Source: Felis catus (Eukaryota). From it: 64,000 nt of DNA. This document shows positions 50,470-61,366 of the stretch, one piece after another. The stretch is taken from contig NC_058368.1 of NCBI RefSeq assembly GCF_018350175.1, positions 224,938,001-225,002,000 of the forward strand, in the 5' to 3' direction. Position 1 is the first letter of the stretch. Every line of letters starts with the position of its first letter. A program made the translations under genes and the position numbers. The notes under the pieces are model-generated. The model made no database searches. It saw nothing but the letters and a program-made list of their open reading frames with translations, and had not been told where the DNA came from.

Positions 50470-50770
50470 ACCTAGTACAATCTCAGATCCAATTGCATTT
50501 TTCCAACAGTGTTCTTTGGTTCTCCTTTATCCTCAAGTTCATGGAAAGATGGATTCAACGCTTCCAGGTCTCCATCCTCTCTCTTGATGCCTTTTTTTTT
50601 TTAATTGAGAGCATTTTTTTTCTCAAAAGCTACCAGTAAATCTTCTGTTGTATTTCACTTAGCCAAATTTGGTTATATGCCCATATCTAAACTAATCCCT
50701 ATGCAAAAGAATGCCTTCTTCCTATTGGCTGTAGCCTGGATTTCCAAAACCAATTTCCATGGCAAAGGCA
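50470..50770 (-). mobile_element. Old MLT1-like LTR fragment
   Basis: 'tttcacttagccaaatttggttatatgcccatatctaaactaatcc', 'tattggctgtagcctgg'. Confidence 0.45.
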
Positions 50771-52911
50771 GACATTTCTTCGCTAGAGTAAAAATTAACT
50801 CCCATCCTGGTGCTCTTCTGCAGTAAATCCCTCCCAGTTTCCCAGAAAACATAGTGACTTCTGTCAATTAAATTTCAGTCAAGTCCTATCCTTGTGCTCA
50901 TTGATGAGACCAAGTTAATAAAGCCTGTCTCAAGTTCACCCTCTTCTTTTTCAAATAACTTGTGCAAATCAATTATTTTTCCTGTAACTAAAATCCCCAG
51001 CATTGGGAATCGACCCCCCAAACCAAGAGCATACTGTGCACACTGTATGTTAGCCAATTTGACAATGAATTATATTAAATTTTTTAAAAAATAATAAAAT
51101 AAAATGAAAAAATACAATTTTTTTAATCTGAAAAAAAAAATCCCAGAAAACAAAAAACAAAACAAAACAAAACAAAATCCCCAACCTCTGCTATGTGATA
51201 TCTCTGAGAGTAAGAATTTCAACCCAAGTAGGAAGGGCAGCAGTGAGTTTCAAAGGTTTACAAAGCCCATGGTCCTTCATTTGCTTTTCTCCTTTAATTT
51301 AAGAGTATTTTTTAATAACTTTTTCCTACTGAGCAGGTTTCATCCTATAGACTACCTACAAATAAGTTTAGAAAATAAAGTGCCCCAAACATCTCATGAC
51401 AACCTATGCAGAAGGAGGTCTCCAATAGGCTGATATACTTCTAAGAAGACAAGGAAGCCTGGCTCCAAGCCTTGGTCTAGCCCATGCACACATTCTGCTC
51501 CCAGAATCAGTTCATTCTGGGATCCTGTACATGAAAAGTCATTCCCTGCCCTCCCCCTCCCCCCAATCTTATTGACAAAAGAAGAAACCAAGCCTTGGAG
51601 AAATTATGACTTCCTAATATTATATAACTGGTAAGTTTTCAATTCATAACCAGCTAGTCTAACTTTAAATTCACCATATATCTAAGATTTTTAATTAGCT
51701 GATGACATCATTCACCAAGACAATTTTATTCAAAATTGTTATAGTATGTCATAAAAAATATTTTTAAAATACTCCCCTTCTATTTTATTTCTTCCTTAAT
51801 GCAAGTAATTAAAAAATAGATGTGCCTTCTGTGAAGAGGCCACTGTGCCATGTAGACACATGGCTGAAGAGAAACATGGCTTCTGGTTCTTATTCAACAT
51901 GGTGGTTCACAAATTAACCATCAGAGGGCCCCAAAATATGAGCTTGTGCAAGCAATGTAATTAACACAGTCAGCTAAATAACGTATGAGAAAGTTTGTGA
52001 CTTCTCTCTTAGAGTCTGTCCTGAGGATACAAAGAGATCTTTGGGAATTGCTCTAAAAGTCATGTGTCAAACGATTTCGAGGAGTTGGTCCGGCTTTAAC
52101 GTCCACTAAGAATAATAGACATTTCTGACACAAGAAAACTTTTTGAATTTATCAGTTAATGTCAATGATATCAGGTGTCTGGCTCCAAATGGAAAGATGA
52201 ATTCTAGTAACTCTGCTATTGAATCTCTGTGTTCCTTTGAACATCTTCCTCTTTGTTGGCTTGACATTTTAAGCGGCAAATTACAGACATTTTCTACCAT
52301 ACTGTCACATTAGTGGCACCAGATATCCGTTCTGTTCCCCAGAGCCTTGCAAAGCTGGGTGCCTGTCACAGCAAAAAGTCTCTTTGCTGGGCCCCTAGCC
52401 AATGGCAAGGGAAACTTCCTGAAGTGTTTGCTAATGAACTACTATTGCAACTCATGCCAGCAAGAGCAGCCTAACGAAAATATTGAAGTATTAATTAAAT
52501 GCAATCTAAAATCTCTTATGAATTTTATGTGTAGAGAAATAACACTGCTGTAGGTTCTGTGATAAAAGCGTGGTATATACAGACCAACTAAATAAAACCT
52601 AAGTTTCTCCTTCCGGTGTATCCACATATCTAGATCGATCTCAACAAACTATAGACTGTAATGACAGCCAGTGAAGAATTTAACAGAGCTTTGTGGCGAG
52701 CTGTGGAACTCTCTGCCTGGATTCAGGGTGACAAACTATCTGTATTTCCCGTAGCCACCTTTAATGAGTCTAGAAGGAAATATAGCTTCCATAGCAGCCA
52801 AGCTGTTAAAGTGAATAATAAGTGGGAAAGTTCATAAATTCAGTAAATATTACCTGTTATGGAAAAAAACACCTGGCTTTTGACAAATTTAAGAGTGTTC
52901 CTGGAGGTTTG

Positions 52912-53260
52912 TCAGTCAGCAATTATTTATTGAGCACTAACTGTGTACAGACAATGTTCCTGGCACAGGGAACACAGAAGAAAACAAACTAGTGAGCATA
53001 TCTATCCTTCAGAATTTATATCCTCAGGGGTGTGAGGAGAGTGGCAGCTAATATACCCAGAAACCAATGAATAAATCTGATACTCTCAGACACTACAAAG
53101 AACTATGCTTAAAGATAATATCCTACAGACGTGGAGTAGTCAGAAAGATACTTTCCAAAGGCTGACAGCTATGTTAAGAGGGGAAATTCATGATGGTGGA
53201 GGGACTGATAAATTTCCCAAGAGAAAACAAGTGCAGAGACAATTTCCAAAACTGGAGTGA
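52912..53260 (-). mobile_element. L2 3' fragment
   Basis: 'tcagtcagcaattatttattgagcactaactgtgtacagacaatgttcctggcacaggga'. Confidence 0.75.
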
Positions 53261-53299
53261 ACTTCCGAATATTTTTGTCGTTGTTGATTTAGTCTCACA

Positions 53300-53520
53300 T
53301 CAACATCCTCCCACACCCTGGGTATGAAGTGCTTTCATATAGGAATTTAGCCGGTTTTTGCAGGAAGCCTGAGACATGCATATTTCCCTGTTTTTTGCCC
53401 ATGAGAGAACAGAAGCTGAACGGTGACGTTTATCAACTTCGTCAAGGTCACATCGCCAATACAGCACAGCATGATTTTAAACACAGTCTTATTCATCTCA
53501 AATCTTATGTAACACATTAT
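53300..53520 (-). mobile_element. MIR remnant
   Basis: 'atgagagaacagaagctgaacggtgacgtttatcaacttcgtcaaggtcaca'. Confidence 0.5.
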
Positions 53521-54354
53521 CTAGTGTGTTAAGAAAGCTCCGGTGTGCTAAGAAAAAACTGAAACATTTGTAAGACTTCTTGAAGTCATTATTATTCAGG
53601 ATAATAAATATGTCCTTTGGTGTTGTGATCAAAGAAAGAAAAAATAAGGTTGTGGTTTCCTTAAGAAACCAGGTGTTACAGCTGAGTGCCTGGGCTAAGG
53701 AGGAGGCATCCTGAGTATAGAATAGCTGAGGTAGTTGACATTTCATCGCATGTGTCACCTGTGGAAAGACAGTTTGGATTCTCTCTGCGGAGGCTAAAGA
53801 GATAATAATTAAGAAGAAAGCGGTGCAGAAATTAAAATTTCAGATGACAAGAGAACATCATGCATCCCAAGAACATGGGAACCATTTGGATTATCTCAAG
53901 TTCAGAATCATCCACAAAGGTATCCTTCAGTGTTGGAGGTAATCAACATTTTATTCAATGTAGCAGAATTACTGAGCACTTACATTTTGTTTACTTTCTC
54001 CGGGGCTTACAACCATAGAGATGGGACTGAGAAAACAGAAAAGAAAAAAAAAATGAGGAGGTAGAAAACAATTCAAACACATAGAAAACTGTCATTAGTA
54101 TGGCAAGGTTGTACTGCTCCCGTGGTATCATTTTGGTTCCATGCAATTTTTTTTTTTTCTGATTTGTTGTTTAGACATTAATCTAAAGCAAGTACATGGA
54201 AGTTACAACCTCTCCTGTCAATTCGCCATCTCTGAAGCCAACCCACCCATATAACTGTGAAACCCAAAAATGCCCTTATCTTTCATGTGAAATCAGATTA
54301 TGACTGTAAAATCATAGTGCCAAAGAGGAATGCCACACTTCAGAATCTAAAGGT

Positions 54355-54556
54355 CCATTTTGATTTTGAATTTAAATTAATCAAATAAAACTGAAAATTT
54401 AGTTCCCCAGTCATACTAAATTTAGTCAAACTAAATTTTCATTTTTCCGTATTTCAAAAGCTCAGTCCCCACAGGTAATTGGTTCATAGCTCTTGCATTG
54501 GACAGGACAGAATAGTACGTTTCCACATCATAGAAAGTTCTACGGGACATGACTGG
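54355..54556 (-). mobile_element. MER3-like hAT-Charlie MITE with small internal insertion
   Basis: 'tttaaattaatcaaataaaactgaaaatttagttccccagtcatacta', 'cattggacaggacagaatagtacgtttccacatcatagaaagttcta'. Confidence 0.75.
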
Positions 54557-55300
54557 ACCAGATGGCGTTTGTGCAATGACAAAAATCTCACATCCTCTCT
54601 ATCCTGTCTCTCACATGCCACATGTTTTTCACTCCAAAAAATCTCCTTGCCCCACATCTCATTCTGGTCTAATTTTGATGTGTTATCTTTAATCTCTATG
54701 CCATATTAGTCATAGCATAAAAAGTTTGGATATAGATTTGAATTTAATTGCGTTTGTTCCAATACCATTATTTTATACATGAGGAATTGCCTGCTTGTTG
54801 TAGTACAATGTATCCATTAACTTAATAAATATTTAGTTAGTGCCTATATATTCTAAACACTTAGGACAGACCAAACTCTGACCCTCCTGGAGCTTAAAAT
54901 CAAATGCAGAACAGACAATAAAAAGAAAACAAAAAAATGCATAAGGCTAGGAGGGAAGAGAATGCAGGACAAAGGGACAGAGGGAGGGGATGAGGGCAAA
55001 AAGGAGGGGAGTGGAAAGAGTGGCTATAGCTGCTCCAGGGAAGGAAGCCAGAGAGTGCTTCTCTGCAAAAGTGACAATTGAAACAAGACCTGAAAATGTA
55101 GAAGGACAAGCCATATGAAGGTCTAGGGTAAGAGCATTCCCAACACAGGACACAGCAAGCATAAAGTCCACGGACTGGAATAAGTTTGATGTGTCCAAGA
55201 AGAACAAATAAGGGTAAAGTCTCTGGAGAAAAGTGAGCAAGGGAAAAGTGAAGGAAGGTGAGGTCTGAAGAGTAGTCACGGACCAGATCCGATAGGGCCA

Positions 55301-55898
55301 TGTATTCATTATCTACTGCTGTGCAACGTTTAACTCAAGACTTAGTAGATTGAAACAGCATTTATTATTATCTCACAGTTGCTGTGGGTCAGAAATCTGG
55401 GTGCTGCTGGGCTGGATCCTCTGCTTCAGAAGCTGTCACAGGCTGCAATTCAGATGTTGGCCAGAGCTGGGTCCTCTGAAGTCTCAAGAAGGACCCACGT
55501 CAAGTTCATTTACACAGTTGGTGCCAAGATTCAGTTTCTTGTGGGCTTCACAGATGTGGTTGTATGGGTACAGATGGTTGTCAGTGTTTCTGTTGTTGAC
55601 CCTCATGGTCTCAAGGCTGGCTGGGAGCTGCCCCACTGCCCAGCCTCTCGAGAGAGCATCAGATCACATATCGCTGGCCTAAGAAAAGTAGTTCTTGGCC
55701 ATCAGGCTACCCTTATGGAAGTCACAGTCTTGTGTAATCTAATTATAGAAGTCAGGCCCCATTACTTTTGCCTTCTAGCTCTAGTTGTCTAAGCAAATGA
55801 CCAGGTCTAGCCAACAAACGAGGGGAAGAAGTTACATAAGAGCGTGAATAGCAGTGGGCAGCCATGATTGAAGGACATTTTAGAAGTTGCCCAACACA
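55301..55898 (-). mobile_element. MLT1E/F-like solo LTR containing an inverted MER47 fragment (55557-55688)
   Basis: Starts 'tgtattcattatctactgctgtg', contains 'ctcacagttgctgtgggtcagaaatctggg', ends 'cattttagaagttgcccaacaca'. Confidence 0.82.
55557..55688 (-). repeat. Inverted copy of MER47 internal segment 56581-56712
   Basis: First 26 nt identical to the reverse complement (tggttgtatgggtacagatggttgtc). About 15 substitutions and two 2-nt gaps over ~134 columns by manual alignment. Confidence 0.93.
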
Positions 55899-56473
55899 GA
55901 TCTTATGAACCATGGTAAGGATCTGGAATTTTATGTTAGGAATGATTGGGAGGCATTGGGGAGCTTTATCTGGGAAACTGATACAATCTGATCTTGAGTT
56001 CAGGACTGGCTGTTACATGGAGAATAGAAGTAGCAGGCCAACTGTGAAAATAAGGATAAGATAAGAAGCTATTGCAACTGCTCATGTGAAAACGTGACTG
56101 AGCTGAGAAGATAGTGAAATATTACCAAATTTGTGATCTGCTTTAAAGATAGATCCTACTGTATTTGCTGATGGGTTGGCCATGGAGAGGGAGAGAAAGA
56201 TACAGGGACTCTCACAAGAAAGCTTGAAATAGACAGACAGTTCCCACAGAAAGATTTCCCTAATCTTCCAAGAGATACACCTCATGTTTTCTTGCACATT
56301 CTCTTTTCTTTCTCCCACATCTCTTTTAACGCGTATCTGATGATCAAAGTCACTTCCTAGTGATGATGTTTAGAAAAATCTAGAACTTCCACACTTTTCA
56401 TATGCTGCAATAGAAGTCACAGTTTAAGACCTGTAGAGAAAGTGGAAACACAAGAAACAAAAAAAAAAAAAAC

Positions 56474-56954
56474 CAGATGGTCCCTGACTTGTGATGGTTC
56501 AGCTCATGAATTTCTGACTTAAGGATAGTGAGAAAGTAATATACATCAGTAGAAAGCAAATTAGAAATTTGCATTTGGGTCTTTTCTCAGGCCAGCAAAA
56601 TGTGATCTGATACTCTCTCTTGATATGCTGGGTAGTGAGGCAGCTCCCAGTCAGCCTCATGACCATGAGGGTCAACGATAGATACAGACAACCATCTGTA
56701 CCCATACAACCATTCTGATTTTTACTTTCAGCACAGTAGTCAATAAATTACATGAGATAGTCAACACTTTACTATAAAATAGCCTTTGTGTTAGATGATT
56801 TTGCCCACATGTAGGCTCATGAGGAAATGTTCTGTGCATGTTCAAGTTATGATGTTTGGTAGGTTGGGTATATTTAATGCATTATGACTTAACGATATTT
56901 TCAACTCATAATGGGCTTATGAAGACAATCCCATCGTAAGTCAAGGAAGATCTG
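56474..56954 (+). mobile_element. MER47/Tigger5-family (TcMar-Tigger) non-autonomous element
   Basis: TIRs cagatggtccctgactt... / ...gtaagtcaaggaagatctg followed by TA. Internal 'cccatacaaccattctg', 'tttgtgttagatgattttgccca'. Confidence 0.9.
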
Positions 56955-57082
56955 TAGTTGTTGTTATTTATTACTAAAAATGCGATACAATCTTTCTAAG
57001 TTTGTGCCCCAGTTTTTTATATTCACCAGTAGATTTAGCATGCTTCTTCATTCCCATTTTCTTTAAAAAATGGAAATATTTT

Positions 57083-57287
57083 GGGGCGCCTGGGTGGCTC
57101 AGTCGGTTAAGCGTCCGACTTCAGCTCAGGTCATGATCTCACAGTCTGTGAGTTCGAGCCCCGCGTCGGGCTCTGTGCTGACAGCTCAGAGCCTGGAGCC
57201 CATTTCAGATTCTGTGTCTCCCTCTCTCTCTGCCCCTCCCCTGTTCATGCTCTGTCTCTCTCTGTCTCAAAGATAAATAAATGTTAA
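57083..57287 (+). mobile_element. Young felid Can-SINE with perfect 18-bp TSD
   Basis: TSD aaaaaatggaaatatttt at 57065-57082 and 57288-57305. Confidence 0.97.
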
Positions 57288-58159
57288 AAAAAATGGAAAT
57301 ATTTTGATTCTTTTAAGGGAAAAAAAGCTAATAAAGACAGACAAGGAATTGCTTTCTCAAGAATATTTAGAGGATGATTATACATTTTTAATAGTTCGAC
57401 TTCAATAACAAATGGCTATATTCTGTAATAATGCAGCATGGATATTAGCTCTCCCAGGGAGATTCTGGCATACAGCACCTAACCTCCCAAAACCCGCCAA
57501 GAAGAACCCAACAGATTAAAGAGGGTAATGGATATATTTCATGGGCCTGTATGATCCACTCGATGTATTGTCTTGGGCCAACCCTGTGTAGCCAAATACC
57601 AAACAAATGAAACTTAAATAGGTCATAGTTAATACTAAACAATATAGTTTTTCTTCCTTGGGTGTAATAATTAACCCAGATTGCTTCATGACTAAAACAA
57701 ATGATACCATCTCTGCCCTCAGCAGAGTAAGATTTCACTTGGGAATTGGCTCACTTTCACTTCATGCTCCTTTCTTTGATCTCTCCCACCCACTCTCTAT
57801 ACACAAGGTCTTATCTTGGGTTTGTGTTCTTTTTTGGAAATAGAATCCCCCAAAGACAGTTAAGAACCACAGGAAGAAATACCCTATAGAGCCAGCCTGA
57901 GCTTCTCTCATCACTCATCCTTAATGTCCCCAGACAGGTAACCTTGGCAGACACCTAAAAGCATGATGTCCTCCATTTTATGCAAAACATGTGCCCTCAT
58001 TCAATCTCTGTGACAATTCCTTTGTGTATTCCACTACAAGTGAAATTTAACCCAATAGCAAGGGAACACATTTTTCCTGACTTGTATATTCTACCCCTTC
58101 AGAAAAAATTTGAGACTACTTGTCATAATCATTTCTGCTGGTTTCATTTTTTTCCCAGG

Positions 58160-58335
58160 GTAGAGAGAGAAAGAACGAGGGAAAGGGAGAGAGAAGCAGG
58201 GAGAGAGGGAGGGAGACAGAGCAAGAGAGAGTGAAGAAGAAGTAGAAGGAGGAGGAGGAACAGGAGAAGAAGGAGAGGAAGAACGAAGGAGGAGGAGAAG
58301 ATGGGGAGAGGAAAATGGAGAATATAGAAGAACAG
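58160..58335. repeat. GA-rich low-complexity polypurine tract
   Basis: Nearly pure A/G run of ~170 nt. Confidence 0.85.
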
Positions 58336-58739
58336 GTTGGAACATTGAAGCAGAGAAGGGAACAGTGACCCCAGATTTAGTCTTAAAGGGCCCATGGTGA
58401 GTCGCCTTTTCAGCTGAAAATGTGCCAGCAGTGGAACTATATACATGTATGTTTCATCCCGAGATGTAGCTATGGACAAGTTGCTCAAACACGAAGCGAT
58501 TAGGGAACATGCCTAACGCATGTTAAGTGCAAGAAAAACCCAACCTGAACAATAAGACAGGCTTCCAGACTGTTCCTAAGGTACTCACAGAGACCTAGAG
58601 CTTTTGTAAAGGCGCTATTTCAAAGTTACGGCCTTCGCATCAATGAACCCAGGACTCCTCAAACGATAAGCATCATTCTTTTTAAACCAACTCCTTCAGA
58701 AAATATATCGTATTCCTTTAATTTTTTACTGTCAAAAGA

Positions 58740-59260
58740 CACGCCAAGGGGCCAGCTTCTCCACACTGGCTTCATCCTCACTGTTCTCAAATCCACCCTT
58801 CACACCAAGTCAGCTTGAATATACACCTTTTTTCTGTCGTACATTAAAACCCTTTTCTTCCCATTTCCTCTGTTTCTATTTGCCTCTTCCGCCACTTTTT
58901 CACAGGGACCTAAAAACTTATGTTTCCTAATCTAACCTCATATCTCCCCACTGCCCTAACATTGCACAGTCTCTTCCTTTTGTCCATATGCCATTCTACA
59001 CACGATCTTCCTCGCAAAAGTCCACTCATACTTCAAGATGCATGCCAAATGTCATCACTCAACCTGACCTTCTTTCATACCTGCACTGACATTGAACATA
59101 TGTCTGTCGCATTATTTTATAATCAGTGATTTGTATATCTAGCTTTCCCACTATATCATAAACTCTTCATGGGAAAGAATGGACCTTAATGCATCCCCAA
59201 TGCCTAGTCTCACTGCCTAGCCCTTGGTTGATGGCCAATCCATTTTTGTAAATGAAATAA
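58740..59260 (+). mobile_element. L2 fragment
   Basis: 'actcatacttcaagatgcatgccaaatgtcatcac', 'ataaactcttcatgggaaagaat', 'catccccaatgcctag'. Confidence 0.6.
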
Positions 59261-59277
59261 TGCACTGTGATATTTAA

Positions 59278-59506
59278 TGATAACAATAGCTTGTATTTAT
59301 CGAGAACTTACAGCATTACAGGTACCCCTATAAGCTCTTTTCCTGATTTAATTAATCTAATGGTCATATCAAGCTTATGAAGTAGGAGGTATTATTATCC
59401 CCATATTACAGATAAAGAAACTGAAGAACAAAGTTAAATTGCCCAAGGCCACAAAGCTAGGAAATAAAAAAAGATGGGATCTGAACCTATGCTTTCTTAA
59501 CCACTG
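59278..59506 (-). mobile_element. MIR SINE
   Basis: Core 'tattattatccccatattacagataaagaaactgaag...gttaaattgcccaaggccaca', end 'tcttaaccactg'. Confidence 0.88.
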
Positions 59507-59527
59507 GGAAACTTGCTGACTATAGTT

Positions 59528-59739
59528 TAGGGGTCAGTAAACTTTTTCTTACAGAACCTCATAATAAATAGTTTGGGTTTGGCGGGACAAATGTAACTAT
59601 TCACCTTTGCTGTTATGGCAGGAAAATGGGTGTAGACAATCTGTAAATGAATGAGTGTGGCTGCGTTCCAATAAAACTTTATTTATAAAAATGGACAGTG
59701 GCCGGATTTTGCAGAAGTCATGTGGCTTCTTGACCCTTA
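59528..59739. mobile_element. MER58A-like hAT-Charlie MITE
   Basis: Ends taggggtcagtaaact / tgaccctta. Diagnostic 'gtaaatgaatgagtgtggctgcgttccaataaaactttatttat'. Decayed 8-bp TSD ctatagtt / ctgtagac. Confidence 0.88.
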
Positions 59740-60664
59740 CTGTAGACTCTGCCCTGTGTATCCCAATATTTGCACTTGACACACCCGGATGGCACATTCA
59801 AGTACTTGACTACTAAAAATAGACCACCAGGTCTATCATAGAAAAGTAAGAGACATTCCTCATCAGCCGAAGAGAACATAGTTGCAAACGCTAAAGTCCT
59901 TTCCTGCAAAGTCAGCTTGGGTTTAGCGGCCAAGGAGGGAGCTCCAGAACAACTGTGCTGCTCGGCCTCCGATGGCTACATGCCTGGAAGATAAATTAGG
60001 ATGAATGTCAAGAAAATGTCTTAGTCTGTTGCCCACGCACTCAGCAATGGCTTCTCTCAGAACTACATACAAATTTCCAGGCCAGGTTGGCTGGGGCCGA
60101 AGCCCACCAGTCACAAAGCAAAACAAACGTAAAGATCTGTAAAGATGAATAATATACGTTACTACGTGTATACTCTGCAGATGGAAGGGGAGTGGCTGCT
60201 GGCGGCAGCCCTACCCAACCCAATCTTCAGATTCCTGAGGAAAAGGAACCAACCCTGTTGTCTCTTTATAACCCATGCGAGGTAGCTGCCACACAGCCGG
60301 TGCTCTTTGCCCAGTGTTTGAGTGAGCCTACTCTGCTTCCCACCTTCTAGAGCTATGCTGCCGATTGACGTGCGCTGGCTTGCACCACTGTCAGCTCACC
60401 CTTCACAGACTCTGGGCATCTGAAACCCCTGATATTTTTATTCCCAAGGCCCAGCCCCTGCTTGTCCTTCATTAAACCCAATCGGGGTCCTTTAAGTGGC
60501 TACCCCTGTATCCAAGGATTTCTGAACGAACTGCCGGACTGCGTCTCTGCATTTTTCCATGTCTACCTCCCGAACTGATTGGATCGGATCAGCCTGCAGC
60601 CTGCCTTGTCCCCCCTCACAGGTTCCCTGTCTCCCGGATCACCCACCTTTGCGACCGGACTGTC

Positions 60665-60780
60665 ACTCACCTCCTTGTTCCTCCAGTTTGCCATGAATCC
60701 CTTCTCTCTGGACTCTCAGCCTTTTTGCTCGCTTTCCTGATTTGCCTTGTGTCGTTTCTTCTGGGCGTGGTTTTTTTATA
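60665..60780 (-). promoter_or_regulatory. Candidate TATA promoter and short first exon (MANWRNKE | gtgagt)
   Basis: Minus strand: TATAAAA at 60780-60774, CCACGCCC, ATG at 60694, 24 coding nt, GAG|GTGAGT donor. Lies in a repeat-free, relatively CpG-rich island. No homology recognised. Confidence 0.35.
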
Positions 60781-61151
60781 AGCCTTCTGACAGCCAGGCT
60801 TTCTCATCTCAGCCTGGCTGCCCCCTTCCTACGGGATCCCTTGGGGGCATTTGCCATTCATCAGTTTCGGACAGAAGAGAAGAACCCCTGTTGCCTTTCT
60901 GCAGCCTCCTATCTAGTAGGTGTGGTTCAATGTCCCACCTGCCACGCTCCACGGCATCTGCACCTTGTTCTGTGCTGCAAAACTGCCTGTACGAGTGGAG
61001 GACTCTTCAAAGGGCTTTTAAAATGTATTATTGTTATTTTGATCTTGTCACTTCCTGTGCAAATTCTAACCAAGAAAAAAACTAGTCAGGTTCACTGAAT
61101 GTTTAAGAAAACCAGTGGCTCATGATGCAATTAAAAATAAAAAAAATACAT

Positions 61152-61366
61152 GGGGCGCCTGGGTGACTCAGTCAGTTAAGCGGCCGACTTCAGCTCAGGT
61201 CATGATCTCATGGTTCACAGGTTCGAGCCCCGCACCCGGCTCTGTGCTGACAGCTCAGAGCCTGGAGCCTGGAGCCTTCTTCAGATTCTCTGTCTCCCTC
61301 TCTCTCTGCCCCTCCGTTGCTCACGCTCTGTCTCTCTCTCAAAAACTAAATAAGCATTTTAAAAGT
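61152..61366 (+). mobile_element. Felid Can-SINE
   Basis: Canonical start, B box gttcgagccc, duplicated cctggag. TSD-like taaaaataaaaaaaatac / taaaaataaagaaatac. Confidence 0.95.

Larger units (their letters stand above)
54820..56200 (-). mobile_element. L2 LINE interrupted by MLT1 LTR
   Basis: 'aataaatatttagttagtgccta', 'ggtaagagcattcccaacacagg', 'gaccagatccgatagggcc[LTR]...accatggtaaggatctggaattttat'. Confidence 0.8.

Noticed and set aside
55350..55792. Overlapping 110-aa and 137-aa ORFs
   Set aside because: Composed of MLT1 LTR plus the inverted MER47 fragment; not a transposase or host protein.
19838..57276. Recurrent 'WVAQSVKRPTSAQVMIS...' ORFs and tRNA-like A/B boxes
   Set aside because: All are Can-SINE translations; the tRNA-like head is SINE-derived and not a tRNA gene.
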